A stretch of 64,000 nt of DNA from NCBI GenBank assembly GCA_030682795.1, contig JAUXNJ010000031.1, forward strand, positions 49,772 to 113,771, given 5' to 3'. The position numbers and the translations under genes are program-made. The DNA comes from Sphingobacteriaceae bacterium (GTDB taxonomy: Bacteria; Bacteroidota; Bacteroidia; UBA7662). Below the pieces are notes generated by a model that searched no databases, was not told the DNA's origin, and saw only the letters and a list, made by a program, of their open reading frames with translations. Below, piece by piece: positions 9,766 through 19,499 of this stretch (position 1 is the first letter of the stretch; each line of letters begins with the position of its first letter).

Positions 9766-10611
9766 TTAGAATTTGCTTTTGGGAATTGAGTTGTCCCCTA
9801 GTAGTACAATACCTACTGAAAAAAGATCAATTGATACCCGCACCTTTTCATTTGATACAATTGTTGACCACGCCTTTTTCATGCCCTCTGACCAGGAAAT
9901 ATCATCAAATACAACTACGGCCTCTTTTGATAAAAAGGGAAGTGCTTTATTAAAATTATCTATGACGGCATCATGACTATGATGCCCATCGTTAAAAAAA
10001 AAGTCAATAGGCTTGCTTGATGCAAAAACACCTTCCAAGGTTTCATAAAAAGGACCAACCACCACACTAGCGTTATTTATATGTAACTGCTGCAAGGATT
10101 CTTTTGCAATCCTCGCAATCTCCGGTGCCCCTTCCATTGAAACTAATTTCCCGTGGCCATTTAAATTCAAAGCGGCACCAATATAACAGGTGGAAATCCC
10201 TAAGCTCGAACCAAGTTCAACACACATCGCTGGTTTTAGCTTACGGGTTAACTTAAAAAGCAGATGAGCCCAAAACGGTGATTTACTCGCATTGATAATC
10301 TTAGAAACCTTTGCATTAAATAGAACCCCTCTTTTCATTTCCTCTTGGGTTCGAGTGCTATTGTAACTTCCAGCTCCAAAGTCAACTACTTCAATTACCT
10401 CATTAGAATACCGCAACTCATTCCTGCGACCTTCGATAGCTTCAATCCATTTACCTTCTTCAACACTTTTGTTAGCAATTAAAGATTCGTGCAAAGCCTC
10501 TCCAATTGCACGAATTTTTTCTTGCTCGTGGGATTTTAATTGGTTTAGCATTTTCCGGGCTTTATATTTTGGATAAAGCTCACCGATTAATTCCATCATA
10601 TGCGTTAACAT
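9766..10611 (-). CDS. Class I SAM-dependent methyltransferase (Methyltransf_24-like)
   Basis: VELGSSLGIS motif I, FFFNDGHH, VVFDDISWSEGM; start uncertain (10611 TTG or ATG near 10596-10599). Confidence 0.85.
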   Translation of the reverse strand: MLTHMMELIGELYPKYKARKMLNQLKSHEQEKIRAIGEALHESLIANKSVEEGKWIEAIEGRRNELRYSNEVIEVVDFGAGSYNSTRTQEEMKRGVLFNAKVSKIINASKSPFWAHLLFKLTRKLKPAMCVELGSSLGISTCYIGAALNLNGHGKLVSMEGAPEIARIAKESLQQLHINNASVVVGPFYETLEGVFASSKPIDFFFNDGHHSHDAVIDNFNKALPFLSKEAVVVFDDISWSEGMKKAWSTIVSNEKVRVSIDLFSVGIVLLGDNSIPKSKF

Positions 10612-10760
10612 TGTATTTATTTCTTAAAATCAATTATTGCGCGTAGCTGACACTCAAATAAAAGAACCTCAAATATGTCTTGAAATTCGAGTAAATTAAC
10701 AAAGAAGAAGGGATTTATTTTAGCTGAATTCCTGTGATAATTCTAAATGCAATAAATCTT

Positions 10761-11495
10761 CTAAAAAGGATAAAGCACCGGCTTCGAAGGACTGGCGTCG
10801 GACTCAAAGGCGGCAATCATCAAATTGAGTAAATAATCGCCATCGGCAGCCGCATCGGGCACAAAAATGAGCTCGGTGATGGTGGCTGCCATGCGCGGCT
10901 GCTGGGGATGTTGCCAAAAGGCGCGGTGGGCCGATAAAACGCCTCCATCCTCTTCACGATCTACCGACGGCAAGTCGGTGAGCAAGTGCAAAACTCCCTG
11001 AAGCTGTAACCAATGGAGCGCTGCCGCCTCAAAGTAGGGTGGATTGCTGCCAGAGTAGCGCTGCGAGCGCTTCTGTGGCAAGTTGGGCAGCGTTCTCACC
11101 ACCACGGCCTCGCAGCCCATTAGGTCGCCACAGGCCGCCTGAAGTTGCCCCATCGTAATCACCCAATCGTCGCCCCGCTGCTCAGGATGCACACTCACGA
11201 GTCGTGCCTTAAAATGAAAGCGTGTTAAGCACTGGTTGATGGTGATGCGCTCGGCGCTGATGTGGCCTACGCACTCGGTATGGGTGCCGTTGCCGTGGGG
11301 ACTAAAACGGATCTGCTCCACATTGCAAGGCCCGCCTTCGGCCACCTTCCCCACAAAACTCCCCATGCGAAAGGGCTCCATCTGCGGATCTTCAATATAA
11401 AAGGCATTCGGATTATCAGTCCCGCGCCGCAAGGGCAAGGAAAGGTCGATGGGTGTATCCCAGCGCACTTGTTGCATCCAATCAGTGTTCATCAT
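10761..11495 (-). CDS. Cyclase-family metallohydrolase, putative kynurenine formamidase (KynB-like)
   Basis: HGNGTHTECVGH metal motif, DLPSVD, ITELIFVP, DASPSKP; near kynU/kmo. Confidence 0.8.
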   Translation of the reverse strand: MMNTDWMQQVRWDTPIDLSLPLRRGTDNPNAFYIEDPQMEPFRMGSFVGKVAEGGPCNVEQIRFSPHGNGTHTECVGHISAERITINQCLTRFHFKARLVSVHPEQRGDDWVITMGQLQAACGDLMGCEAVVVRTLPNLPQKRSQRYSGSNPPYFEAAALHWLQLQGVLHLLTDLPSVDREEDGGVLSAHRAFWQHPQQPRMAATITELIFVPDAAADGDYLLNLMIAAFESDASPSKPVLYPF

Positions 11496-12621
11496 CAGCT
11501 AAAATAAAAAGGTCTGAAGCAATTAAGTCGGCAAAATGCTTGCCCGACCGGGTTAAAACAAGTTGATCGTGGCGCAGCTGGTACCAATCGTCCTTTAAAT
11601 CGAGCAGTCCTGCCCGCAGCTGCGCCACAAGCTCGGGCCCGAAGCGCTGCTCCAGCCTGGCCAAATTAACCCCCTCCGAAGTGCGCAAGCCGGTTAACAA
11701 CTGCTCATTTAATTGATCAAAAATGCTGAGTTGCTCCACCGTAGCGGGCAGCTCCCCACGCGAAAGCGCCTGCACATATTTGGTGTTGTTCGACACATTC
11801 CACTGCCTGCTGTGGCCATTAAACGAATGGGCCGATGGACCAATGCCCAAATAAGGCTCCGATTTCCAGTAGCTCGAATTGTGTACCGCGCGCTGGCCCG
11901 GCTTAGCAAAATTGGAGATTTCGTAATGCTCGTACCCCCGCGATACCGCCATATCGATCAACAAATCGAATTGCCGCTTTTGATCGGCATCACTGGCCGG
12001 TTGCACCTTGCCATCCTTTACAAATTTATGCAAGGCCGTTTTAGCCTCTACCGTGAGTGCGTAGGCTGAAAAATGTGGCAAATCGTATTGCAACAAGGCA
12101 TCTAAGTTCTGCACCCAATCGGCATCGCTCATATTGGGCATGGCATAAATCAAATCGGCAGTTAGCTTCTCAAAGCCCACTTCCTTGGCCAATCGCAAAC
12201 AATCGCGCGCCTGCTCCACCGCATGCGCCCGGTTCATGAGCTTCAGATCCTCCTCCCGAAAACTTTGGATGCCGATGCTCAGGCGATTTACAGGCGATTC
12301 ATGCAATACATTGAGGGTGTAGAGGTCTAAGTCATCGGGATTCGCCTCCAAAGTAATTTCCGCCTGCGGATGTACACTGAAATTTTTATGGATGGCGGTA
12401 AAAAGGGCATCAAGCTCCTTTTCGGTTAACAAAGATGGTGTGCCACCCCCAAAATACACACTGCTGAGCTGCTCGCCAGCCAAATAACCTTGCTGCAGCT
12501 CCAGCTCCTGCACCAAGGCCGCCAAAACCGCCTCACGCTGCTGTAAAAGCGTGCTGAAGTGGAAGTCACAATAGTGACAAGCCTGTTTGCAGAAAGGAAT
12601 GTGAAGGTAGAGTCCCGCCAT
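11482..12621 (-). CDS. hemW: Radical SAM heme chaperone
   Basis: YLHIPFCKQACHYCDF (CxxxCxxC), YFGGGTPS, HYEISNF, HNSSYW. Confidence 0.93.
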   Translation of the reverse strand: MAGLYLHIPFCKQACHYCDFHFSTLLQQREAVLAALVQELELQQGYLAGEQLSSVYFGGGTPSLLTEKELDALFTAIHKNFSVHPQAEITLEANPDDLDLYTLNVLHESPVNRLSIGIQSFREEDLKLMNRAHAVEQARDCLRLAKEVGFEKLTADLIYAMPNMSDADWVQNLDALLQYDLPHFSAYALTVEAKTALHKFVKDGKVQPASDADQKRQFDLLIDMAVSRGYEHYEISNFAKPGQRAVHNSSYWKSEPYLGIGPSAHSFNGHSRQWNVSNNTKYVQALSRGELPATVEQLSIFDQLNEQLLTGLRTSEGVNLARLEQRFGPELVAQLRAGLLDLKDDWYQLRHDQLVLTRSGKHFADLIASDLFILADDEH

Positions 12622-12639
12622 AAAGACGCAATTTACGAC

Positions 12640-13737
12640 TCAGCGTACATTCTTGCGACGGTTGCGTTGATAATCGTGGAAAACAAACTCTCCTAAGCCC
12701 TTCAAGCTGCTGTAAAAGGCCTTGCCCTGATTGGCCTCGGTAAACTGCTGCACAAAATTCTGCAAATACGGATCTTGGGCAATCATGAAAGTGGTGATGG
12801 GGATTTTGAGTTTGCGGGCTTGCTGGGCCAGACTGAGGCAGCGATTCACAATCTTCACATCCAATCCAAAGCTATTTTTATAGTACTCATCCCCTTCCTT
12901 CAGGCAGCTCGGCTTGCCGTCGGTAATCATGAATATTTGTTTGTTGGGATTTTTTCGTCTCCGCAGCATGTCCATGGCCAGCTCCAAACCCGCAACGGTA
13001 TTGGTATGAAAGGGTCCCACTTGCAAATAAGGCAAATCTTTCACTTCAATAGGAAAGGCATCGTCGCCAAAGGCCAAAATATCGAGGGTGTCTTTGGGAT
13101 ATTTGCGCATGATCAACTCACTCAAAGCCATGGCCACCTTTTTAGCCGGGGTGATGCGGTCTTCGCCGTATAAAATCATGGAATGCGAAATATCGATCAT
13201 GAGCACGGTACTGGCTTGGGCGTCGTGTTGGGTTTCTACCACTTCGAGGTCGTCCATGGTGAGACTAAACTCCTCGATACCGTGGTTCATGTACGCATTC
13301 TTAATCGAATCGGTAAAGTCGATTTGCTCCATGCCATCGCCAAAACGATAGGCCCTGCGATCGGCGGTGCTTTCTAAGCTGTTTCCGGTAAAGGTGGTGT
13401 GGTGACTCCCGCGACCAGCACGCTTTAACTTGCCAAAAATCTCTTCCAAACTACGACTGCGCAGGCTTTGCTCGGTTTTAGCCGTTAACTGTTGCACGCC
13501 TTGCGGATCGTCTTTGATATAGCCCTTGCGCTTTAGATCCTCTATAAAGTCACCCATGCCGTATTTGTCGTCGGTGAGTTTGTACTGCTTGTCCAATTCA
13601 TTCATCCAAGCAAGTGTTTCAGGTACATCGCCTGAGGTATATTGAATGAGCTCTAAGAAAATGTCCAGCAATTTCTCAAAAGGTGTTTTGTCGCTGCCTT
13701 CCTGGGGAACATAATCGCTAAATCGGAAACCTTTCAT
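12640..13737 (-). CDS. VWA-domain protein
   Basis: MIDAS motif DISHS, HTNTVAGL, ITDGKPS. Confidence 0.9.
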   Translation of the reverse strand: MKGFRFSDYVPQEGSDKTPFEKLLDIFLELIQYTSGDVPETLAWMNELDKQYKLTDDKYGMGDFIEDLKRKGYIKDDPQGVQQLTAKTEQSLRSRSLEEIFGKLKRAGRGSHHTTFTGNSLESTADRRAYRFGDGMEQIDFTDSIKNAYMNHGIEEFSLTMDDLEVVETQHDAQASTVLMIDISHSMILYGEDRITPAKKVAMALSELIMRKYPKDTLDILAFGDDAFPIEVKDLPYLQVGPFHTNTVAGLELAMDMLRRRKNPNKQIFMITDGKPSCLKEGDEYYKNSFGLDVKIVNRCLSLAQQARKLKIPITTFMIAQDPYLQNFVQQFTEANQGKAFYSSLKGLGEFVFHDYQRNRRKNVR

Positions 13738-13783
13738 GCAGGTAGAAACAACAAATGGAAGCTAAAAGTTACGGGTTAAAAAC

Positions 13784-13810
13784 AAAAAAGCCCGGACGAA
13801 CCGGGCTTTT
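13784..13810 (-). terminator. Intrinsic terminator after gldN
   Basis: AAAAAAGCCCGG-ACGAA-CCGGGCTTTT hairpin with a U tract on the minus strand. Confidence 0.85.
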
Positions 13811-13824
13811 GTAATAAGTTGGAA

Positions 13825-14646
13825 TTAATATTCCCAAAGAGCTTGCTCGAAATCTACAATCTGATATTTGATACGATCGGCTTCCACCAAAATATCGCGA
13901 CCAGCGGCGTAGTCTTCAATACGCAAATCCTTTACGTTAGATTCTTTGTAGATGTAGCTGCTGAACATGCGGCGGATAAAAATATCGTCAAACGACATTT
14001 TCTGACCATCGTTTCTCCAGTTGAACACCTCAGAATTCGCCAAAATGTTGCGGATGGCTGGGTAATACACCCAGAACATGGCCGTTTGACCAACAATTTG
14101 TCCTTCCGACTTCAAATTAATCACAGGAGCAACCGCAATAATGCGTACTACCATGGTAGAAATCTGCTTGTCGAATACCCATTCTTCTTTGATACGAATA
14201 GCTACCGCGTCGTTTGGATTGAATTCTGTTTTTTCAATTTTTTGCTCAGGGAGCAAAGTAATTGGGTTGGTTACCAAGAGGGTATCGGTGCTTTCCAAAG
14301 TGGCCAAAACTTCATCCGAAGTGATGGCATTTTCAGGAAACAACTCTTCAGTTTTGAACAGATAACCTTCCAATTCACCACTTTTCAAAGCTGCAATCAG
14401 CACATTGATGAACATGCTTTTGGGATAGGTGAATACCAGATTTGGCTTTTGGTTCAAATCTAGCACACGCAAAATGTTCCAGCTGTACATTACGTCAGCT
14501 TCACGAATCGGCGCCAAAGGAATTGGCGGACGTTTCTTAAACTTTTCACGCTTATAAGCTCCATCCACAATTTCCATGGGCTGTGTTTGTGCGTTCACCT
14601 CACCGGCGAGCAGCAATACACAAAAGGCGATTAACAGCTTTTTCAT
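13825..14646 (-). CDS. gldN: T9SS/gliding ring protein GldN/PorN
   Basis: READVM, KEEWVFDKQ, FWVYYP, RRMFSSYIYKESNV, FEQALWEY; operon position. Confidence 0.93.
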   Translation of the reverse strand: MKKLLIAFCVLLLAGEVNAQTQPMEIVDGAYKREKFKKRPPIPLAPIREADVMYSWNILRVLDLNQKPNLVFTYPKSMFINVLIAALKSGELEGYLFKTEELFPENAITSDEVLATLESTDTLLVTNPITLLPEQKIEKTEFNPNDAVAIRIKEEWVFDKQISTMVVRIIAVAPVINLKSEGQIVGQTAMFWVYYPAIRNILANSEVFNWRNDGQKMSFDDIFIRRMFSSYIYKESNVKDLRIEDYAAGRDILVEADRIKYQIVDFEQALWEY

Positions 14647-14652
14647 TGGATA

Positions 14653-16239
14653 TTAATTTAAACCGTAAGTGACGGGATTCAGTTTACGGGTAACTTTATC
14701 TGGACCAATCGCCTTAACATCATCAAAGATAAAACGATCTCCTGGTTTTGCATTACGAATGATTGCAGCAGCTTGTGGGCTGTATATTGCTCCTGTTACA
14801 GTAACCACTTGGGGGTCTTGACGTGGTGCAATATAAATCATTCGGAAACTCTGTATTTCAAAGCGCAAGTCAAAAACAAAGTCTTTTAACAAGGCAATCA
14901 TACCACCCTGAGCTTTAAACTGGGCTGTTCCAATTTGACCACCATCTAAACCACCTACAGTAGCAATAGGATCTGGCACATATTTCACACGGAACTTCGA
15001 CGAACCCAACACACCCGTTGGCTTGCCATCAGGCCCTTTACCACGAACGTCAACTGTGAGTTCACCAGGCTGGTTTACTTTGACAATATAACTTCCATTC
15101 GAGCCAGTGATACTACCAGCTGTCATAGAGGGCAACAAATTAGCAGGTGTGATACCAGGAGCAGAAATCGACACAGGATTGTCTACACCTATGTAAAACA
15201 CATTCATTTTATCGGGAGAAATAACGGCTGCCGGCTTGGCAACTGTATATTCACTCGAAAATGGATATTTAGTTTCCTCTCCTGTTCCAGGGTTCTTCAC
15301 AACAATGAATCCACCCCACTTTTTAATGCCTTCATTTGAGGCCCTAACTTTGTAGCGACCCAAGCCCCCTTCAACAGGCACCGTACCACCACCTTCGAGG
15401 CGGATGTCCAAGGCCTGACGGCTGTCGTAGGCAACCAACAATACGTCGGCTTCGTACTCCTGACCAGTCAATACATAGTTCGACTTGGCAATAACTTTCG
15501 CTTCGAGGTTATCGAATTTGAAAGATGCCGCATCAATTGCTCCTAATAAATAGGCAACCACTTCGGTCTCTGTATTGCGAATATCGCTTTCAAACTTACT
15601 AAAAAGTGTAATCACACCCGACAATGGCATGTCGCCAAAGTTCGATTGTAACCAGTTCTTTTTCACATTAGAACCTGTGCTAGGAGCCGGATCCTTGGCC
15701 TCTTCAACATATATTTTCACCTTTGAACGGTCATTCGCAGGTAATACATTCAAAACAGCTTGGCGATACGCATTAATTTTATTCATTAACTCTACGCCTC
15801 TTTCGCTTCTGCCTTCAGGATTTACCAACACTTGTGAACTGATGTCGATGTTACCGTCTTGAATTACGGTTCTAACACCTTGCTCAACTTTGTAGTCACC
15901 TTCGTCCTCTTCTCCGTTCTTATTACCGCCTAAATCAATCATTTCAGATTTGATTGCACGGATATAAGTTAACATAGCTTCTGATTCGCGTTTCACGATC
16001 ATGGCCTTGTCGTAGCTCTCTTTGGTTTTACCCGGCTCATCTTTCATCTTGGCATCAAATGCAGCATACAAAGCCACATTTTTCTGCTCGATGGATACGT
16101 TGGTATCTTCTAAGCTCTGGTTGATCATGGCAAAGGCTTTCAAAATCTCAGCCGATACATTCAGTGCTAACATGGCTGTTAGTACCAAATACATCATATT
16201 GATCATTTTCTGCCTGGGCCCTAGATTTCCTCCTGCCAT
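14653..16239 (-). CDS. gldM: T9SS/gliding motor subunit GldM/PorM
   Basis: PRQKMINMMYLVLTAMLALNVS; KMNVFYIGVDNPVSIS. Confidence 0.97.
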   Translation of the reverse strand: MAGGNLGPRQKMINMMYLVLTAMLALNVSAEILKAFAMINQSLEDTNVSIEQKNVALYAAFDAKMKDEPGKTKESYDKAMIVKRESEAMLTYIRAIKSEMIDLGGNKNGEEDEGDYKVEQGVRTVIQDGNIDISSQVLVNPEGRSERGVELMNKINAYRQAVLNVLPANDRSKVKIYVEEAKDPAPSTGSNVKKNWLQSNFGDMPLSGVITLFSKFESDIRNTETEVVAYLLGAIDAASFKFDNLEAKVIAKSNYVLTGQEYEADVLLVAYDSRQALDIRLEGGGTVPVEGGLGRYKVRASNEGIKKWGGFIVVKNPGTGEETKYPFSSEYTVAKPAAVISPDKMNVFYIGVDNPVSISAPGITPANLLPSMTAGSITGSNGSYIVKVNQPGELTVDVRGKGPDGKPTGVLGSSKFRVKYVPDPIATVGGLDGGQIGTAQFKAQGGMIALLKDFVFDLRFEIQSFRMIYIAPRQDPQVVTVTGAIYSPQAAAIIRNAKPGDRFIFDDVKAIGPDKVTRKLNPVTYGLN

Positions 16240-16266
16240 TATATCTGCTCTCCGATTTTAAAAAGA

Positions 16267-17043
16267 TTATACACGGGGAGCCGTCATGGCATTCAACATA
16301 TTGCCATAAACAGCGTTGAGTGAACTGAGGTTTTTAGCGAGTTTCGCAATCTCGTCCTGATACTTCTGGGCATCAGCCTGAGCCGATTCCATAGAATTTA
16401 AAGCACCAGAGATGTTGCCGTAAAATTTGTTGAGCACTTGCAAATGGTTGTTGGTTTCTTTCAACTCCATTTCGTACATCGCATTTACGCTGGTAAGGTT
16501 ACCCACCAAAGCCTGCAACTGAGCTGCATAACCTTTAGCTTCTTCGTTTACTGCAGCTACCTCACCGATTACGGCAGAAGCCTCTGTTGCAGTGCGTGCA
16601 AAACCACTTACAGAAGTAGCCGCTTCGCGTACGCTCTTAGAATACTCATCGGTAGCAACCGTAGCATCAGAGATGTCGGCCATTTTACCCACGTTATTGC
16701 TCAAAGACTTGAAGCTATCGCCCAAGTTTTCGAGTACTTCTTTTCCAATGTTGGCTTCTTCGAGCATCGCGCCCAAATCACCTGAACTTGCTTTTTGTGC
16801 ACGGGCTTCACCACCTGACAACTCAGGGTAAACCAGCGACCAATCCAACTCTTCATGTGGCTTTTCAAAGGCCGAAATAAAGAAGATGAGGGCTTCTGTA
16901 CCCAAACCTAAGGTGAGGGCGAAATCGGCTCCTGGTAAGTGACGAATCTTAAACAGGGCACCGATGATTACGATTGCTGCGCCCCAACCATATGCATAGT
17001 TGAGTAACGACTTTCCTTTTTTGGATTGCAAAAAGCTTGACAT
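16267..17043 (-). CDS. gldL: T9SS/gliding motor subunit GldL/PorL
   Basis: YGWGAAIVIIGALFKI, GLGTEALIFFISAFE, LNAVYGNMLNAM. Confidence 0.97.
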   Translation of the reverse strand: MSSFLQSKKGKSLLNYAYGWGAAIVIIGALFKIRHLPGADFALTLGLGTEALIFFISAFEKPHEELDWSLVYPELSGGEARAQKASSGDLGAMLEEANIGKEVLENLGDSFKSLSNNVGKMADISDATVATDEYSKSVREAATSVSGFARTATEASAVIGEVAAVNEEAKGYAAQLQALVGNLTSVNAMYEMELKETNNHLQVLNKFYGNISGALNSMESAQADAQKYQDEIAKLAKNLSSLNAVYGNMLNAMTAPRV

Positions 17044-17085
17044 GCTTAACGAATTGGTTTAAAAGTGAAAATTGGTTTTAGGTAA

Positions 17086-18342
17086 TTAAAAATCTCTGAG
17101 GTCTCTACCGAGGAAGTCCATTACACAACGGAAACCTACGTATGACTTAGTTGAATCTTGATATTCAAATGTGCGTGTACCCGTTTGAATGAGGTAGCCC
17201 ACATCTTTCCAGCTTCCACCACGAATTACTTTGCGACGCATTACAATGTCATCCTCGTCCTTGGCTTCATACTTATAATCAGGATTTAAGTCATGTACAG
17301 TGCTGAAAGCTGATTCATCATAAGCTGTACTGGTCCACTCCGACACATTACCCGCCATGTTGTAAATGCCATAGTCGTTCGGATTGTAACTGTAAGTTTT
17401 TACGGTGTAAAAACCACCGTCATCGGTATAATTACCGCGACCAGGCTTGAAATTAGCAATCAAACACCCTTTGTCGTTTTTGATATATGGACCACCCCAA
17501 GGATATGGCGAGCTGCTGTGCCCTCCACGTGCGGCATATTCCCATTCAAACTCCGTAGGCAATCTAAAATCCCCTTGTTTTGATAAGCCTTTTGAGATGC
17601 GGTAAGAATTAAATAACTGGGTTCTCCAGTGACAAAAAGCCGTGGCTTGCTCCCAACTTACACCAACTGCAGGGTAATCATCGTAAGCGGGGTGCGAGAA
17701 ATAATTTTGTGCCTGTGGCTCATTGTAAGAAAAAGTAAAGTCCCTCGCCCAAACAAGCGTATCAGGATATACATTCACCACTTCTGTGCGTATGAACTCT
17801 CCTCTCGGACGATTTGGATCGCGGTTATCGGCAGCTGCACGCAGGTCGAAATACTTGTAAACAAAATTGAGCTTACGAACATCCACTTCGAAGCGACCAA
17901 AAATCTGCTCGTTTTCGGGAAAATAGAGTTCCTGTAATTCGTCCAACACTGCTGGATCTGACCAGTTGAGATTTACTTTCCAGTCGATATACTCTTTTCC
18001 GTAATCATCTTCAATTACATTCCCCAGTATGGTATGGGCCAAAGAATCACGCACCCAAAACACAAATTGGCGGTACTCATTATTGGAGATTTCAGCATCA
18101 TCCATATAAAATGCCTTGATGGAGACCGTTTTGGCTTGCTGGTTTGCGTTAAAAAATACGTCTTGGTCACCTTGACCAATGGTGAACGTACCCTGATTCA
18201 CGAACACTGTACCATAAGGTTCTTGCTGCGACCATTTTGGACGATCTGGAACGCCTACTAATTCGCCATTAAAACCACCTCCGCAGCTTGCCAAAGCAGC
18301 TGTCATTGCAGTAAGAGCGACTATAAATGAAATCCTTTTCAT
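17086..18342 (-). CDS. gldK: T9SS/gliding lipoprotein GldK/PorK (FGE-sulfatase fold)
   Basis: Lipobox LASC; YRQFVFWVRDS, RLPTEFEWEYAARGG, MAGNVSEWT, RGGSW; upstream of gldL. Confidence 0.95.
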   Translation of the reverse strand: MKRISFIVALTAMTAALASCGGGFNGELVGVPDRPKWSQQEPYGTVFVNQGTFTIGQGDQDVFFNANQQAKTVSIKAFYMDDAEISNNEYRQFVFWVRDSLAHTILGNVIEDDYGKEYIDWKVNLNWSDPAVLDELQELYFPENEQIFGRFEVDVRKLNFVYKYFDLRAAADNRDPNRPRGEFIRTEVVNVYPDTLVWARDFTFSYNEPQAQNYFSHPAYDDYPAVGVSWEQATAFCHWRTQLFNSYRISKGLSKQGDFRLPTEFEWEYAARGGHSSSPYPWGGPYIKNDKGCLIANFKPGRGNYTDDGGFYTVKTYSYNPNDYGIYNMAGNVSEWTSTAYDESAFSTVHDLNPDYKYEAKDEDDIVMRRKVIRGGSWKDVGYLIQTGTRTFEYQDSTKSYVGFRCVMDFLGRDLRDF

Positions 18343-18501
18343 GTGGGCCTTTTTTATTAAAAGCGCTTAAAATTATAAAATCCGATTGATTACAATAACT
18401 TTCTTTTCGAAATTTATTGGTTTAACACCAATAGGGGATGGTAAAGATATATCTAATTGTGAATATTAAAAGGAACCTTTTAAAAAAATATTGTGTGAGC
18501 C

Positions 18502-19431
18502 TTATAAAAAGCGTGGAGAACGAATGATGACTTGCGGCTTTTCTGGGAAGGTAATATTAAAGTCGTACCCAATAAATATCTCATGCGAACCATTATTCAA
18601 TCGTGCTAATCCACCGAGGTTATAATCGTACGAATAACCAATACGTACTTTCTTACCAACATTGGCACCCACCATAAATATGGCAGCATCACCGGTTGAA
18701 TAACCACCTCCGAACCAGAACTTCTCATTAAAGGTAGCCAATACATTAAAATCTGCCTGAAAAGCGGAAGCGTTTGTCTTCAACAAAGTAGAGGGCGTAA
18801 TTTTAAACGACTCCCCTACTGGTATATGGTAACCCCCTGACAAGAAAAAATTTCTTTCTACGGTAAGAGCTGAGCCTGTTGTGTTGTATTCTACTTTCGG
18901 ATTGTTGAGTCGGTTGCTCGACAAATTGAGATACATGTTTTCATCTGTATAATGCAAACCAAAACCAAAGTCAAAAGCCAAAGCACTCGCACGGGTATTA
19001 ATTAAGAGCGGATCATTTGGATCACGTGCAACAATTTTGGTTCCGTCAAAAATGGACTGGAAGCCCCCACCATACAAGCCGATGCCCAAATTACCATTAG
19101 CCAGAGCTGTTTGATAAGCATAAGACAAGCGGAAAGTAGTTGTTGTATTAAAAAACTCTTGATCTGATGTAAACATCAATCCCAAACCTCCCCGGAGGGC
19201 CTTGATAGGCATGTGTACGCTAAAATTGGTGGTACGGGGACTAGCGTCGTTTTCGATATTCACCCACTGGTAACGTGAAATAAGAAATGTACTGATGGCG
19301 CCTCTCGAACCTGCTACCCCTGGATTGTAGAAGAAATCATTAAACATATAATGATTCCATTTGGGCTCTTGTTGTGCAAGAACCAGGTTAGCTGACAGCG
19401 TAAGTAACAAGGCAAGTAAAAGCTTTCTCAT
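18502..19431 (-). CDS. porP: PorP/SprF-family T9SS outer-membrane barrel
   Basis: AQQEP..YMFN..NPGVAG, RYQWV, GYSYD, GSHEIFIGY. Confidence 0.9.
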   Translation of the reverse strand: MRKLLLALLLTLSANLVLAQQEPKWNHYMFNDFFYNPGVAGSRGAISTFLISRYQWVNIENDASPRTTNFSVHMPIKALRGGLGLMFTSDQEFFNTTTTFRLSYAYQTALANGNLGIGLYGGGFQSIFDGTKIVARDPNDPLLINTRASALAFDFGFGLHYTDENMYLNLSSNRLNNPKVEYNTTGSALTVERNFFLSGGYHIPVGESFKITPSTLLKTNASAFQADFNVLATFNEKFWFGGGYSTGDAAIFMVGANVGKKVRIGYSYDYNLGGLARLNNGSHEIFIGYDFNITFPEKPQVIIRSPRFL

Positions 19432-19499
19432 CCAATATTCCCGTTTCTATAGTCTTTTGAAGCAACTAAATAACGGAAAGTTCACATGATAAGCAAGCT

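Noticed and set aside
9680-9770. Possible integron attC site downstream of the low-GC methyltransferase
   Set aside because: No proper RYYYAAC/GTTRRRY pair, no integrase and no other cassette-like genes.
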